Shown here: piece by piece, positions 26,963 through 39,622 of the stretch | Position numbering within the stretch: the stretch's first letter is position 1 | Layout of the letters: the number at the start of each line of letters is the position of its first letter | Assembly: GCA_964016885.1 (NCBI GenBank) | Contig: OZ024742.1 | Location: forward strand, 124,186,001-124,250,000 | DNA from: Eledone cirrhosa | Taxonomy: Eukaryota | Reading direction: 5' to 3' | Length of the DNA stretch: 64,000 nucleotides | Translations under genes and position numbers: made by a program | The notes under the pieces: generated by a model | Databases searched by the model: none | Told to the model about the DNA's origin: nothing | What the model saw: only the letters and a program-made list of their open reading frames with translations

Positions 26963-28273
26963 GGGAGAAGAATACTGCAGGTTGCACATGGATAACGTGT
27001 TATAAAATGAGTCCCTCATCAGTGATTTCCCAACGATCATAGATATTTCATTGCATTAACAATCATATACCTCACGTTGGTGCAATAATAACTAAATTCA
27101 GTTATTAGGACAACTAATACGCGTAAAGCGAGTGAGACAAGTAACAACAAAGAGGAAAGCTAACCGTAGATAGGAAGGGCACAAGCTACATAGTTATTCT
27201 GTCAGCTTAAGCTGGGTGAATATATGAGCGCGTAGAAAAAAGACCTTTCGAGTGGAATCCAAATGTAAGAAAGAAGGAAATTGTTTTCGTCGCGAACGGG
27301 GTGAAGTGAGAAGGGGAGAAACAGTAGGTGAGTGAGTGGAAGTGTGAGGAAGAGGGCAGTAGAGAGAAAATGTTAACTGACATGACAGAGGGGGCGAAAG
27401 AAAGTAAGAGAAACAGAGAGAACGAGGGAGCAGTAAGGGAGAGAGAGAGAATAACAGAATCGCAGTTTAGGTCAATATATGTGAAACAATGGGGAGAAGA
27501 ATACTGCAGGTTGCACATGGATAACATGTTATAAAATGAGTCCCTCATCAGTGATTTGCCAACGATCATAGATATTTCATTGCTTAAAAATCATATAACT
27601 CACGGTGGTGCAATAATAACTAAATTAAGTTATTAGGACAATTAAAACGAGTAAAGCGAGTGAGATAAGTAACAACAAAGAGGAGAGCTAACCGTAGATA
27701 GGAAGGGCACAAGCTACATAGTTTTTCTGTCAGCTTAAGCTGGGTGAATATATGAGCGCATAGAAAAAAGACCTTTCGAGATGAATCCAAATGTAAGAAA
27801 GAAGGAAATTGTTTTCGTCGCGAACGGGGTGAAGTGAGAAGGGGAGAAACAGTGAGTGAGTGAGTGGAAGTGTGAGGAAGAGGTCAGTAGAGAGAAAGGG
27901 TTAACTGACATGACAGAGGGGGCGAAAGAAAGTAAGAGAAACAGAGAGAACGAGGGAACAGTAAGAGAGAGAGAGAGAAAAACAGAATCGCAGTTTAGGT
28001 AAATATATGTGAAAAAATGGGGAGAAGAATACTGCAGGTTGCACATGGATAACATGTTATAAAATGAGTTCCTCATCAGTGATTTGCCAACGATCATAGA
28101 TATTTCATTGCATTAAAAATCATATAACTCACGTTGGTGCAATAATAACTAAATTAATTTATTAGGACAATTAAAACGCGTAGAGCGAGTGAAACAAGAT
28201 ACCAACAAAGAGGATAGCTAACCGTAGAAGGAAGGGAACAAGCTTCATAGTTATTCTGTTAGCATAAGCTGGG

Positions 28274-28275
<2 letters not shown>
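26963..28275. repeat. Tandem repeat, ~528-bp unit x ~2.5
   Basis: gggagaagaatactgcagg at 26963, 27492 and 28020; bounded by (TA)n on both sides. Confidence 0.92.
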
Positions 28276-28307
<32 letters not shown>

Positions 28308-28577
28308 GTTCAAGAGTACCCAATCTTAAAGAGAGAGATGGAGATGGGGAGGAGATATGAGAGGATAGATTGGTGAATTAGTTAGAAGCCAAAGCGTAAA
28401 GGCATGTGCTCAATGTGCAATATGCAATAGAAAGCAGCTAGGTGGCTGGGTTCATGCAGAAGTTAGGTGCGCAGTGCTGGAAATATTCATTAGTTCCTTA
28501 CATCAAACTAAAACATGTTGACAATCTTTTAATGATATCTTCCTTGTGAAATTTGTGATCTTGCTCTGCTTAACTAA

Positions 28578-28672
<95 letters not shown>

Positions 28673-28726
28673 CGTTTCTGAATTTGTTTAGCTAGATTCT
28701 TTATCTGAAAACGTGTGTTGAAACCG

Positions 28727-29218
28727 ATATTGTTATACTTTGGGAGGGTCATGTTGCCAATAAGAAACACACGCACCAGGTGTTCCACTTCAATTTATTA
28801 TAATAAATTTATAAATTTAGGAATTTATAAATTTCCGGTTGGTAGGTTGGATCCACAACCAGATGGTTGTTTATATATTGTCAAAAGTTCTTTCGTCACA
28901 CATTCTGTGATCTCTTCAATGTGTGCCTCTCCTTTGCCTCTCCTTTGTTCTGTCCTACGCCATCTTGTTTCAAGGTGGCGTAGGACAGAACAAAGGAGAG
29001 GCACAAAAACAAAGAAAAGAATCCCCAGTCACTGAAGAGGTCACATAATGCGTGACGAAAGAACTTTGGACAATATATAAACAACCATCTGGTTGTGGAA
29101 CCAACCAACCAACCGGAAATTCATGAATTCCTAAATTTATAAATTTATTATAATAAATTGAAGTGAAAGCATGGGGTGCGTGTGTTTCTTATTGGCAACA
29201 TGACCCTCCCAAAGTATG

Positions 29219-29225
<7 letters not shown>
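28727..29225. repeat. ~500-bp fold-back element with an HHR (family H3) in each arm
   Basis: 28727-28920 is the reverse complement of ~29032-29225; inner hairpin 28935-29003; terminal motif atattgttatactttgggagggtcat recurs at ~63928-63953. Confidence 0.85.
29028..29071 (+). ncRNA. Hammerhead-like motif, family H3 (mirror copy UUGAAGA on minus strand 28880-28922)
   Basis: GUCA-CUGAAGA-G-GUCAC AUAAUGC GUGAC-GAAA-GAAC-UU-UGGAC. Confidence 0.65.
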
Positions 29226-29249
<24 letters not shown>

Positions 29250-29261
29250 TACACACACACA

Positions 29262-29583
29262 CCCCGAGAAGGGTAAAAGATAAGGGTGAGGACCAGCACG
29301 GCGAGGCGAAAGAACGAGGATGGGAGAGGGGCGAAGGTCGAGGTAGTGCCGAATAGCGCATGGGCCGTCGCCGTGGGGGATGACGGTGTAGATTGACTTA
29401 ATGTCTAGGGTGAAAGGAGGGTGTGTGGGCCGGGTGGGAAAGTGAGGGAGCTGAACAGGCGAAGGGCGTGGTTGGTGTCGGGGATGTGGTAGGGGTGGGC
29501 GGTTATGAGGGGGGCGAGGAGGGAATCAATAGACGCGGAGATGAGTTCTGTGGTGCAGTTGCAGGCGGAGACGATGGCGCGGT

Positions 29584-29586
<3 letters not shown>
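29262..29586 (-). mobile_element. Penelope-like (Neptune-type) RT fragment
   Basis: [22 protein letters not shown]...DTNHALRLF...DIKSIYTVIPHGDG; homologous to 33921-34230. Confidence 0.82.
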
Positions 29587-29660
<74 letters not shown>

Positions 29661-29673
29661 TATATATATATAT

Positions 29674-29722
<49 letters not shown>

Positions 29723-29742
29723 CCTATATATATATATATATA

Positions 29743-30526
29743 CTCCACAACTAACAATACTAACAACCCCACCCCACCCCGACCACCCTCCCCCAACCAC
29801 GGATTACACACGTTGGACATCGCTCCCATGAATCAACTCCATCACAAGGAAAATATCCGGCAACCCAGGACACCCTCTACGGAACTACCTTAGGAACTTA
29901 CCCACGGAAATACACTCACATAAATTGTTTTCCCCACACGCCACCCACATCTACAATACGTATAAACACCACACACACGTGCGTACCCCCACATATTTAC
30001 ACATGCAGCCTCAGGAATCCCAGCCTTTGACCCCTCCCCATCCACACACGCACACACACACCGCCCTACACCCCAACCTACACACACCTTTTCCTGAACA
30101 TGGAACCTCGTTCTTCCCCCAACTCTCACATTCACATACACACACACACACACACACGTGCAACTACGCACACACACTACCTTCAGCCCTCCCCGCTCGG
30201 ACACCCGGCCTCCCTCTCCCCAGTCCACCCGGCACCACCCCTACACGCCCCAGACCTTTCCACCACTTGTTTAACTTTATGTTTATTTTTATTTTTATTA
30301 TTTTTTTTTTAATATTTATTTTCCTTTGTACCCCTTCCACCATTCCCCCCCATTTTTCTAAATGTCTCTCCCCCACTCCACTACATACCCTTGGAACTCT
30401 CTTCCCACACACTTTTCGTCTGAAGAAGGGCTTATGCCCGAAACGTCGTTCCCCACGTTCTCAAGAGCGTGAAACTAATAAACCTTTTTTCGTACTCCCT
30501 CTCTGTTTTGTTCCCGTTCCATTTTT

Positions 30527-30530
<4 letters not shown>
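29743..30530 (+). mobile_element. PLE 3'UTR/pLTR-like segment with HHR family H4; homolog at 48738-49500
   Basis: Starts ccacaactaacaatactaac (cf. ~35729); shares cctgaacatg.aacc.cgttcttcccc, ccttcagccctccccgctcggacaccc and the HHR with 48738-49500. Confidence 0.7.
30415..30452 (+). ncRNA. Minimal hammerhead, family H4
   Basis: CUGAAGA-A-GGGC UUAU GCCC-GAAAC-GUC (palindromic ACGU helix III, PLE-type); stem I degenerate. Confidence 0.7.
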
Positions 30531-30569
<39 letters not shown>

Positions 30570-30611
30570 ATTAAATAAATGGAAACTATATTTATAAAAC
30601 CATATTTATTT

Positions 30612-30670
30612 CATTATATATATTTCGGGTATATCATATTAACAATATGCTATGCCTTCCTCAGACAAAA
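30612..30670 (-). ncRNA. Hammerhead-like motif, family H2, in the sense-strand 3' pLTR
   Basis: CUGAGGA-A-GGCAUAGCAUAUU GUU AAUAUGAUAUACCC-GAAA-UAUAUA. Confidence 0.62.
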
Positions 30671-32085
30671 TACAATATAAACAGTTTTATAGATAAATAG
30701 ATTCGACATACCGTTATAACACCGACTTCCATTTGAAGAGGTTTAAGCTGGCAGTGAAAAAATTTTACACAGAGAGAAAGAAAGAGAGAAAAAAGAAAGA
30801 AAGACAGAAAACGAAGAAAAGGAAGAAAAAGAAGAAATGCATGGAACAAAATAGAGAGATGGAAAGATAGATAAAGCGAAGAACTTCATGTAAAGAAACA
30901 GAAAGAGATATATATATATAGAGAGAGAGGAAATAGAGATAGATACATATATATATAGAAAATTAGGTAGTGGGAGGTCAGTTCAGTAAATGTATCAATG
31001 ATACATTTATTTATTTATTTATTTATTTAGCTCAAGTATTAATGTAAGGGAGATATATATATAGAGAAAAAATATAGAGAAAGGAAAAAATAGCGAGAGA
31101 AAAAAATTTAAAAATAGCCAGATATATTCGAGGCGTAAAAACCTTATGTTTTAATGTATTAGTATTTATAAAACTTGCACTATATTGTAAATATCAGTAT
31201 TCCTGAATGAGACAAGTATCCATAGTGTGTGAAAATTAATTATCTTATGTTTAGTTTTTAAAAAATTCATATGTTTATGTGACAGCTACAACATCCATGC
31301 GAATCCACATGATTCACTCTGCAAACTCTAAGTTCACGGAAAACATTCTCAATGTGGTATACAAATTTGAGCATACATATATGTGTATTATTATTCCTGT
31401 CTTTACTCTACAAGATTATCTATCAAGCAGAAATAGAGAGCAGATTTCAATATACTAATAAAAATATATATCAGAAACAAAACTAAAAAAATAAAAAGAT
31501 AACAATAATAATAATAAGTAAAAATAAGTAATAATAAAATAGAAAACTAAAAAAATATTACGAAAGAATATTACATAATAAAAATATTACATATTAAAAA
31601 TATTACGTATTAAAAAATATTACGTATTAAAAATTTACATATTAAAGATATTAAAAATAAAAATAAAAAATAAAAAATATTATAAAATACTACAATAATA
31701 AAAAATAAAAAATAAAAATAAAAATAAACCACAAAGATCAACCCTTCAAAGTTAATTGACAATATATTGCCAAGTTCATTACAAGACAAAGCCAAAAATT
31801 ATCTATCAAATCACATCTAGCAAAGATCATTTCAAAAAGTTTATGATGTCCAAATTGGTCTACACATGTTCTTATATTTAATATAGAAGTTTATCTAGTG
31901 TAAGGTTTATTCAAAAAATTTGGAGCATCAGCTTTTAGGGTAGCTTAATTTTTCATGAGGAATGTTTAAATAAAAATAAAATAAAAATAAATAATAAAAA
32001 AAGAATAAAAAGAAGGAATCAAAAATTTAGGAATCAAAAATTTATCGGCTAGTTTCCCATATAAATATAAATCAAACTAAATATA

Positions 32086-33631
32086 CTACATTTTAAATTT
32101 AAATTTATATTTAAACGTTGAGTTTAATCTATGTTTGCAACAACTGAATAAATTTGTCCGTAGGTTAAGGGAATTTTTAGATTTTAGTATAAAGAATATC
32201 TCCTCTGCGCAGAGGTCACATGTCTCAGAGGATGAATTAAAAGGAATCCCTCTTGAGACTATATTCCAAACCGTCGAATATCTAACGTTATCTAGCTTAA
32301 GTTGCCAGAGTACGCCTGATAGTGCCGTTGAAGATTTTTTACTTGGATCTGTGAAAGAATTCTTGTGGTTATTATAGCGAAGTTTAAATTCCGTCGATGT
32401 GGAACCGACGTAGTTAAAAGAATTAGAGTCAGTATTAACATTACAATTGTATACTATATTTTTAACTAAGCAGTTGTTATTTAACGGACATTTAGATCTA
32501 TCTCTACAGTTACATTTGTTAACTTGTATATTATTTATGCTATTATCACTAGGTTTTAAGTTCCTATTATTTATTCTATTAATATTTTGTGCTAAATTTT
32601 TGGTGGATGAGTAGGTTAATTTAATTGTATGCCTATTGAAAATTGAGTGATACCTATGTGTTCTAGGGAAGCGATTATCAAGAGCTTTGAAAAATAATTT
32701 AGCCATGTGGGTTTTAATGTTTAGTGAGAAAGGGGGGGGCAAACCAAATTATGTTCCTAGTTCTATTTCTTTTTTGGCCTTTGGAATTATTGTAATGCTT
32801 TCTATTATAGTTGTTAATGTTGTTGCCGTAATTAAAAAAGTTGTTACTTTGTTTAGTTTGTCTATCATTATCTATGTACACAATCTTATCAGCATATCCT
32901 GCCCTAGCTAATGCTTCATTATAGTATTGGGCCTTTTCGTCGAAAATCTTTCTATTCGACGAGATCCTAGAGATACGTTTTTGAACTGAGTTTACTATAG
33001 TGTTTTTGACAGATCTGGGGTGGTTAGAGTTAAAGTTGACATAGTTTACGTTTTCATTCAACTTGTGAAAAGGATAGTGGAGACATGTGTTGAGATTTAA
33101 TGTTATATCTAGGAAATTGACTATTCTATGGTTGTTCTCAATTTCTATTTTAAGGTTAAAGTAATTAAAACATTTTGTAATTTGTTTACATTTTCTATTT
33201 AGTTCAGGGTTATTATTATTAATAAGTAAAAGCATGTCATCCCTATATAAACCTCCGGTAGTACCAGGTATTTTCCTATGTAGCGAATTGATTAAAAATA
33301 AGCCCACAAGGTCAGTTACCTGAGCTGAGTCGGAAGATCCCATAGTTATGTCAAAATTGCTATCTCTATCTGCTCTGGTCCATAATTTGTCATTAAATGC
33401 TATCAAAGTTTTCCTAGCCGATAATATAATATGCATTTCTTTGCTAGTTAGGTCAGTAAGTTTGAATGCGTAATTTAGTGCCTTATTTAGTAGACTAGGG
33501 GTAATAGAAGAATAATAGTTAGCTATATCAAGTTGAATAAACCTATTATTATTGTTATATTTAATTTGCCTAAACCACTCAACAACCTCTCCAGTTCCCT
33601 TCCACAAGCTCAGGTTAGATACACAATCCAA
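32086..33631 (-). pseudogene. PLE reverse transcriptase-GIY-YIG ORF, split by a frameshift in a G8 run near 32732-32739
   Basis: Track ORFs 32714-33631 and 32086-32742 join at WFAPPF. Confidence 0.9.
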
Positions 33632-33684
33632 GTTCTTAATTTGCTGTATCGAATCTATTTATCTATAAAACTGTTTATATTGTA

Positions 33685-33743
33685 TGTTGTCTGAGGAAGG
33701 CATAGCATATTGTTAATATGATATCCCCGAAATATATATAATG
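33685..33743 (+). ncRNA. Hammerhead-like motif, family H2, in the inverted 5' pLTR
   Basis: CUGAGGA at 33691-33697, long stem II, GAAA at 33729-33732. Confidence 0.6.
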
Positions 33744-33876
33744 AAATAAATATGGTTTTATAAATATAGTTTCCATTTATTTAATATTGTAAATATACTC
33801 CAAATATTTGTCGAGTGCTTTTATATCAGTTATAAATATTTACTAGTTGTAACCCAACAATTTTAAATATAACTTT

Positions 33877-33915
<39 letters not shown>

Positions 33916-33920
33916 TATAT

Positions 33921-35800
33921 CAGGCCGCGTCATTGTCTCCACCTGCAACTGCACCACAGAACTCATCTCCGCGTTTCTTGATTCCATCCTCGCCCGCCTC
34001 ATAACCGCCGACACCAATGACGCCTTTCGCCTGTTCGACTCCCGCACTTTCCCACCCGGCCCACACACCCTCCTCTTCACCCTAGACATTAAGTCATTCT
34101 ACACTATCATCCCCCACGCTGACGGCCTACGCGCCGTCTGACACTACCTCGACCTTCGCTCCTGTCCTATCCCCCTTCATTCGTCTCGCCGAGCTGGTCC
34201 TCACCCGTAACTGCTTATCCTTCTCAGGTGAGTTTACCAGCAGGTCAATGGGGTAGCCTTGGGCACAATAATGGGCCACAACTATGCCAACATTTTCCTT
34301 GGTCATGTTGAGGCCCAAATCTTTGCCCACTACACCAGCCCCACGCACTAACTATACGGTCGGTACATCGACGACTGGATCGGAGCCACCACTCTCATCC
34401 GAGAACAGCTCGAACCCTTTCCCTCCTTCTTCTGCTCCTTACACCCCTCCCCCTACTCTTCACCCTAGACATTAAGTCACTCTACACCGTCATCCTCCAC
34501 GCCGACGGCCTACGCGCCGTCTGACACTACCTCGACCTTCGCCCCTCTCGCATCCTCCTTCTTTCGCCTCGCCGAGCTGGTCCTCACCTTTAACTGCTTC
34601 TCCTTCTCGGGTGAGTTTACCAGCAGGTCAATGAGGTAGCCTTGGGCGCAATAATGGGCTCCAACTATGCCAACATTTCGTTGGCCATGTTGAGGCCCAA
34701 ATCTTTGCCCAGTACACCGGCCCCACTCCCGAACTGTACGGTCGGTACATCGACGACTGCATCGGAGTCACCACCCTCACCAGAGAACTGCTTGACTCCT
34801 TTCTCTCTTTCTTCTGCTCCTTCCACCCCTCCCTCCACTTCACTACGTCTATCTCCACCACCCACGTCCACTTCTTGGATATCTCCGTCCCCATCCTCCA
34901 CTCCCACCGCTCCATCTTACCTCCGCCTTCTTCAAATCCACCGACGCCCACTCCTGCCTCAACTTCACCTCCTCCCACCCTACACGCACCAAACACTCCA
35001 TTCCCTACTCCCAACTACTCCGGATCCGCCCCCTCTGCAGCCGAGATGCTGACTTCGAAACCCAGACCCTGTCTCTAGTCAACCAATTCATCCGGAGATG
35101 TTACCCCACCCCCGCTCCCTCCCTCATCCACACCGCCATCACTCGCGCACGTGCTTTCCACAGCTCAACTTCCTTCACCCCACGCCACTGCATCAACACC
35201 CATCATCTACCGCCACTCCATCCCACCCCCTACCGCACCATCCTCCGCCACTTCCGACGCCTCCAGTTCGCGCCCCCCCCCCCTCTTCCCATCCACATCC
35301 CATTCCTCCAAACGCGCGCGCAATATCCGCTCCCTACACGTCCGCGTGTACTCCCCCCCCCGGTTCCCTTCTCTGCTCCAGACGTCGCCTGGCGGATCGG
35401 TTCCACGGAGCACCTCCGAGATATTCGGCTCGGCGAGAGTTTCCCCATCGCACGCTTCTTTGGTTCTCCTGGACATTCCGCCCACAACCTAACCGTCACT
35501 GGCCTGATCGAATGCCATGGAAACCCCGCCATCCGCCTCACGGTCGAGCAACACACGATCTTCACCCTACAGAACCACACTCTTTCTGGCCTGAACTCCC
35601 CACCACTCTTCGTTTAGCCCTCGACCGTCCCCCTCTCCCCCAACACATTCCCTACTAACACCACTAAAACACTCCCTAGTTTCACCGTCCCCTCCACTAC
35701 TAGCCCTGCCCCTCGCCCTTGGCTCACCCCACAACTAATAACACTAACACCCCCACCCCACTCTCCCACCTCAAAACTAATAATACTAACACCCCAATAC
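33921..35800 (+). mobile_element. Degenerate Penelope-like (Neptune-type) element with internal ~383-bp RT duplication
   Basis: FTLDIKSFYTIIPH, QVNGVALGTIMGPNYAN and GRYIDD (each twice), SSHPTRTKHSIPYSQLLRIR, RRLADRF, EQHTIFTL...GLN; many frameshifts. Confidence 0.85.
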
Positions 35801-35987
35801 TTATAAAAGACATGCGAGGAAATATATAATAAATACCACCCTTGTCATATTCTTTCGCACAGCCCTATACACCTACGTCCAACACCGCCACCCAGACCAC
35901 ACTATCTTAATTATTCCTTCTGAAATAAATTCCCCCGCTCCCAGCTCTAAACTTCCTTATTTATATTGTGTCTGCTATTGAAACGTC

Positions 35988-36041
35988 AGTTCTTATCTGA
36001 TGAGCCTGAGCTAAACAGTGAAACTCCAGAGTAACAAGACT
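35988..36041 (+). ncRNA. Type I hammerhead ribozyme, family H5
   Basis: Stem I UCUUAU/ACAAGA (1 mismatch); CUGAUGA; stem II CUG/CAG; GAAA; stem III ACUC/GAGU; GUA triplet with cleavage after 36033. Confidence 0.78.
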
Positions 36042-36100
36042 CACTATTTAGCCTTAATAAGAATAATATTAATAATATATATATATAATCACACACACAC

Positions 36101-36135
<35 letters not shown>

Positions 36136-38179
36136 GCTATATTATATAAGATACACTGCATGACAAAATGCCGTATGACTTCCTAGCTACTCGCATTTTC
36201 CTGAAGAGAATTGGTTTCGCCTTGCTCATCCGCCATAAAGAGGTAATCCTATCGTTATATTTACAAAAATGCGATGTGATATTGGAACTAATTACATTCC
36301 TATATTTACTAAAGGAGGACATTAAATCACATAATTAAACAAACGTACAAATCTGTTGTATATGCGGTCACTTTGATATTTTGGGCTATAATCAATAGAA
36401 AAATGAGTACCTGCACATTTTATATCCGAAGAAATACAGATTATTTTGAAACCTGTCTTCGATCAATGTTTTGTTTTTGTCAATAGAAGAGATGTTATTT
36501 ACATTCTAGTCACTGCAAAGTCATTGCTAGTATCCAGTATATAAAATCGCTGTCTGTATAGCACTCGCAGCTAAATAAGTAATCTGTTTTTGTATAGGCG
36601 ATTAAATTAACATTTGATCCCCTCTTCGAAAATACTAGCTGTCTACGCGGTAGACTTAACTTGCAAACTCGCGAAAAATTGTGCAGGAAATATAATTAAA
36701 CGCTTGATTAACTGAAGAGTAATTTTCCACATAATAGCTTGTTTCATCCTTGAGAAAAATTTGACATTTTGTTAGAAATAAAATTCATGTAATCGATATA
36801 AAAAGAGTGGGAGGAATGTGATCCAACATTGTTTAGGATATTAATGAGTGAGTTGTTAACAAGGTTGATATTGCAACGTAGTCACAAAGAAGGAAATTAA
36901 CGTCACGATTGAGCAAATGAGTAAAGTTACACACATTATTTATTACCTGTTTCAGAATATGAAACTATAGACAATTCTAAATGATGTTGGGCATCATAAT
37001 TATCAACCAATTGATACATTGTCACGTTTGAGTTTTTGGCATTACACGTACACTCACACTCATGCATACACCCTACTACACACACACACACAGTACCTCG
37101 CATGCACACACGCACACATAGACACGCGCGTGCGCATGCCCACCTACATGTATATATACCGAAGATTCGCTTATTTGCTTCATTCCTTGAATTTATTTAA
37201 TTTTCACCACAGCGAAACATTTACCGACAGATATATGTAAGTCCGTGTAATGAATCTCATTAATAAACATGACAATTTTAATAACAGAAAAGTTTTACTA
37301 TTTCGAGGAATCTTTATGGTTCCGAATTAAAAATTGACACTACGTGTTACAGCTGATTCAGACCCATAAACATAAAACAATTAGTTCCTCGAGGAGTACC
37401 ACCAAATCTCTATTACTATTATCACGACAACATTTTTGTGAATTCAATGGGGTTTATCATGTAACTTGAATTGTTAATACGAAATATTTTGAGATATGTA
37501 ACATGACAGATATTTTGTAGAAAGCTGGTACCATGCGGTAGAAATATAAATAAAGGGCAAATAAAACAAAACAAAACAAATTTAGGTTTTATCCATTATG
37601 TCTCAGTATGATATTTTCCTTTCACATTTGACAAGAATCTTTAAATATCATGATGCAATATACTGGGTGAAACATTGTTTTCTTTTGTTTCGTTTTATTT
37701 GTCATCCTTTGCCTTTTATATGTTTCTACAGCTTCTTACCGGCTTTTTAAAACTTAGGTATTACTATATAATTAAGATTTCGACTTCAATACTTCTTAGA
37801 GGATTATGTGATATCTTGATTCGTTGTTTTCTACTATATATTAAAGAAAATATTGACCATGTTTTAGTGGTGCGTAGGGATTTCAATGCACCAAGTAGCT
37901 ATCCGTTGTCTCCATACTCTTGCAGAACTTTACAATACATATGATATTTGTCTTCGCATAAATGGTGCGACGTGAGTGATGAATTCCTCCGAGAGGCGTG
38001 TTGCCACATCTCATATAATAATCTTCATGAATAGGCTTGATATAAGCGGACGGTTAGATGATATATTAAAACGACACAGTGTAAAATATATCATCGGAAG
38101 TTGATCTTAGATATATGTTGGATAGGTGTGCAACAAATCTCTGCACAGCAAGATTGAAAATAAGCGCTGCGAGGACTAA

Positions 38180-38780
38180 CACTCTACATTGAAGCAGCTG
38201 GAGAAATACAAGCACCTTGGAAACATGGGACAGGCAAAGTGCTCCAATGACCATGGTCAGGTGCATCTACCAATTTATATTTTCAAGCTTTGTTGACGGA
38301 TTTTAGGTCTCTGTCGATTGTCTGCCACCAGTCCAATATGGGGCGTCCTGTTTGCCTCTTTCCATCGAGGTACCAATACAGCACCTGATGAGCACGTCTC
38401 TTACTTCGGAGTCGAGTGAGGTGCCCTAACCAGCCAAGTCGATGCTTGCACTTGATATTAGACACACGTTGTTTGGTGGTTCGATGAAGGTATTCTTTGT
38501 TGGTGAATAATTTATTCAACCTGATATAAAGGATTATCCGTATGCATTTGTTGTCAAGAGCATCTAATTGGGTTTCTTTGCTAATAATCATACACGTTAT
38601 GTTCAATTTGTTGTTCGTGCGTATCCTTACACGTGTATCTTGAGTAATAGGATTCTCTGAAGCATGTTTCGAGCTACTCGATAGGCATAACTTGGTGGTC
38701 ATAGAGTCGTTTCAAGTATAGTTGCTACTTGTTCGCATCCAGAAATTAAGCGCAAGCCCAACCGACAGGAAAATCCGATA
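38180..38780 (-). mobile_element. RTE-clade LINE 3' fragment
   Basis: LDALDNKCIRIILYI...TNKEYL...RLGWLGHLTRL...AHQVLYW...GKRQTGRP...W...IDRDLK. Confidence 0.85.
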
Positions 38781-39400
38781 ACATTCATAAGCACGATTGG
38801 TGTCAATTTGTGATCCAGTCGGATCACTATAAGGTTGCAGAGTGAATTCCATGACTAACCACCCAAACGTGCATTTAAGATGGTGATAAATAATGTTAAG
38901 ATATGTTTGAATATTAGTATAAATACAATCATTAATACTAAACGTCTACCTCCCATATAAATTGTTATTAATACCCCTCACATATATATATAATATATTT
39001 ATCACACTTTTCGTATAATGTACTTTCTATAGAGGGTGTCTTCTCATAATGTTCCTGTACATAATTGAAGACTATCATTTAAGTTAATATTTTACATATA
39101 TAACAACCTGAGGGAATGTTGCTGTGAAAGGTCTCTTTAATGGATCAAGTAACACACTTAACATTCAAGCAATATTTTATTGAATGTCGGATTCGGTCAA
39201 TATTATAATATAATTACCACCACACTTCCTCGCAAAAATAATTAACGTCGTTTGACTGTGAAAAATAGTCTTCTAAGTTGGTTTTTCAAACCCTCAATAC
39301 GATAAAAGTATTTTCCACAGTAAAACAACGTCATTGCTTCTTTCAAATTCACAAAATTTTCTCTCCTTTTTTGTAATATCGATAATTATTTTCTCATGTT

Positions 39401-39622
39401 AGGGCAGTTGATTGACAGTGTCATAGAGCATCGGATAACGTGCTTTACGACATAGAGTTACGGCGCTTTATGTTTTGAGTCCAAACCCCATCGAAGTTGG
39501 CCTTGATTTTCATTTTTACGGGATCGATAAAATAAAGTACCAGTAACGCACTGGTTTCGATTTGATCAACATTCCTCTCCCCAAATATTGTTGGCCTCGT
39601 GCTTAAATAAGAAACCATTATT
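39401..39622 (+). mobile_element. Old SINE family 1-related copy
   Basis: gggcagttgattgacag head, gagtccaaacccc, tcgataaaataaagtaccagta tail. Confidence 0.65.

Larger units (their letters stand above)
30564..33880 (-). mobile_element. Penelope-like element (Naiad-type), 5'-truncated, with 143-bp inverted pLTRs (30564-30706 / 33649-33791)
   Basis: RT (QLDIANYYSSI, ITMGSSDSAQVTDLVG, LYRDD, NFLDITL, SNHP) and GIY-YIG (CNCRDRSKCPL...IVY...YVGST...CDLC...CKH); termini are reverse complements, each holding an HHR-like core. Confidence 0.93.

Noticed and set aside
27207-28097. Duplicated 120-aa ORFs in the 528-bp repeat
   Set aside because: Ser/Leu/Phe-rich translation of a CT-rich strand; no domain motif; duplicated only because of the repeat.
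32086-32742. Selenocysteine-coding Naiad variant
   Set aside because: All CxCx5C, CxxC and CKH positions are Cys codons here, as is the CxCx5C motif in 1-780; no in-frame TGA.
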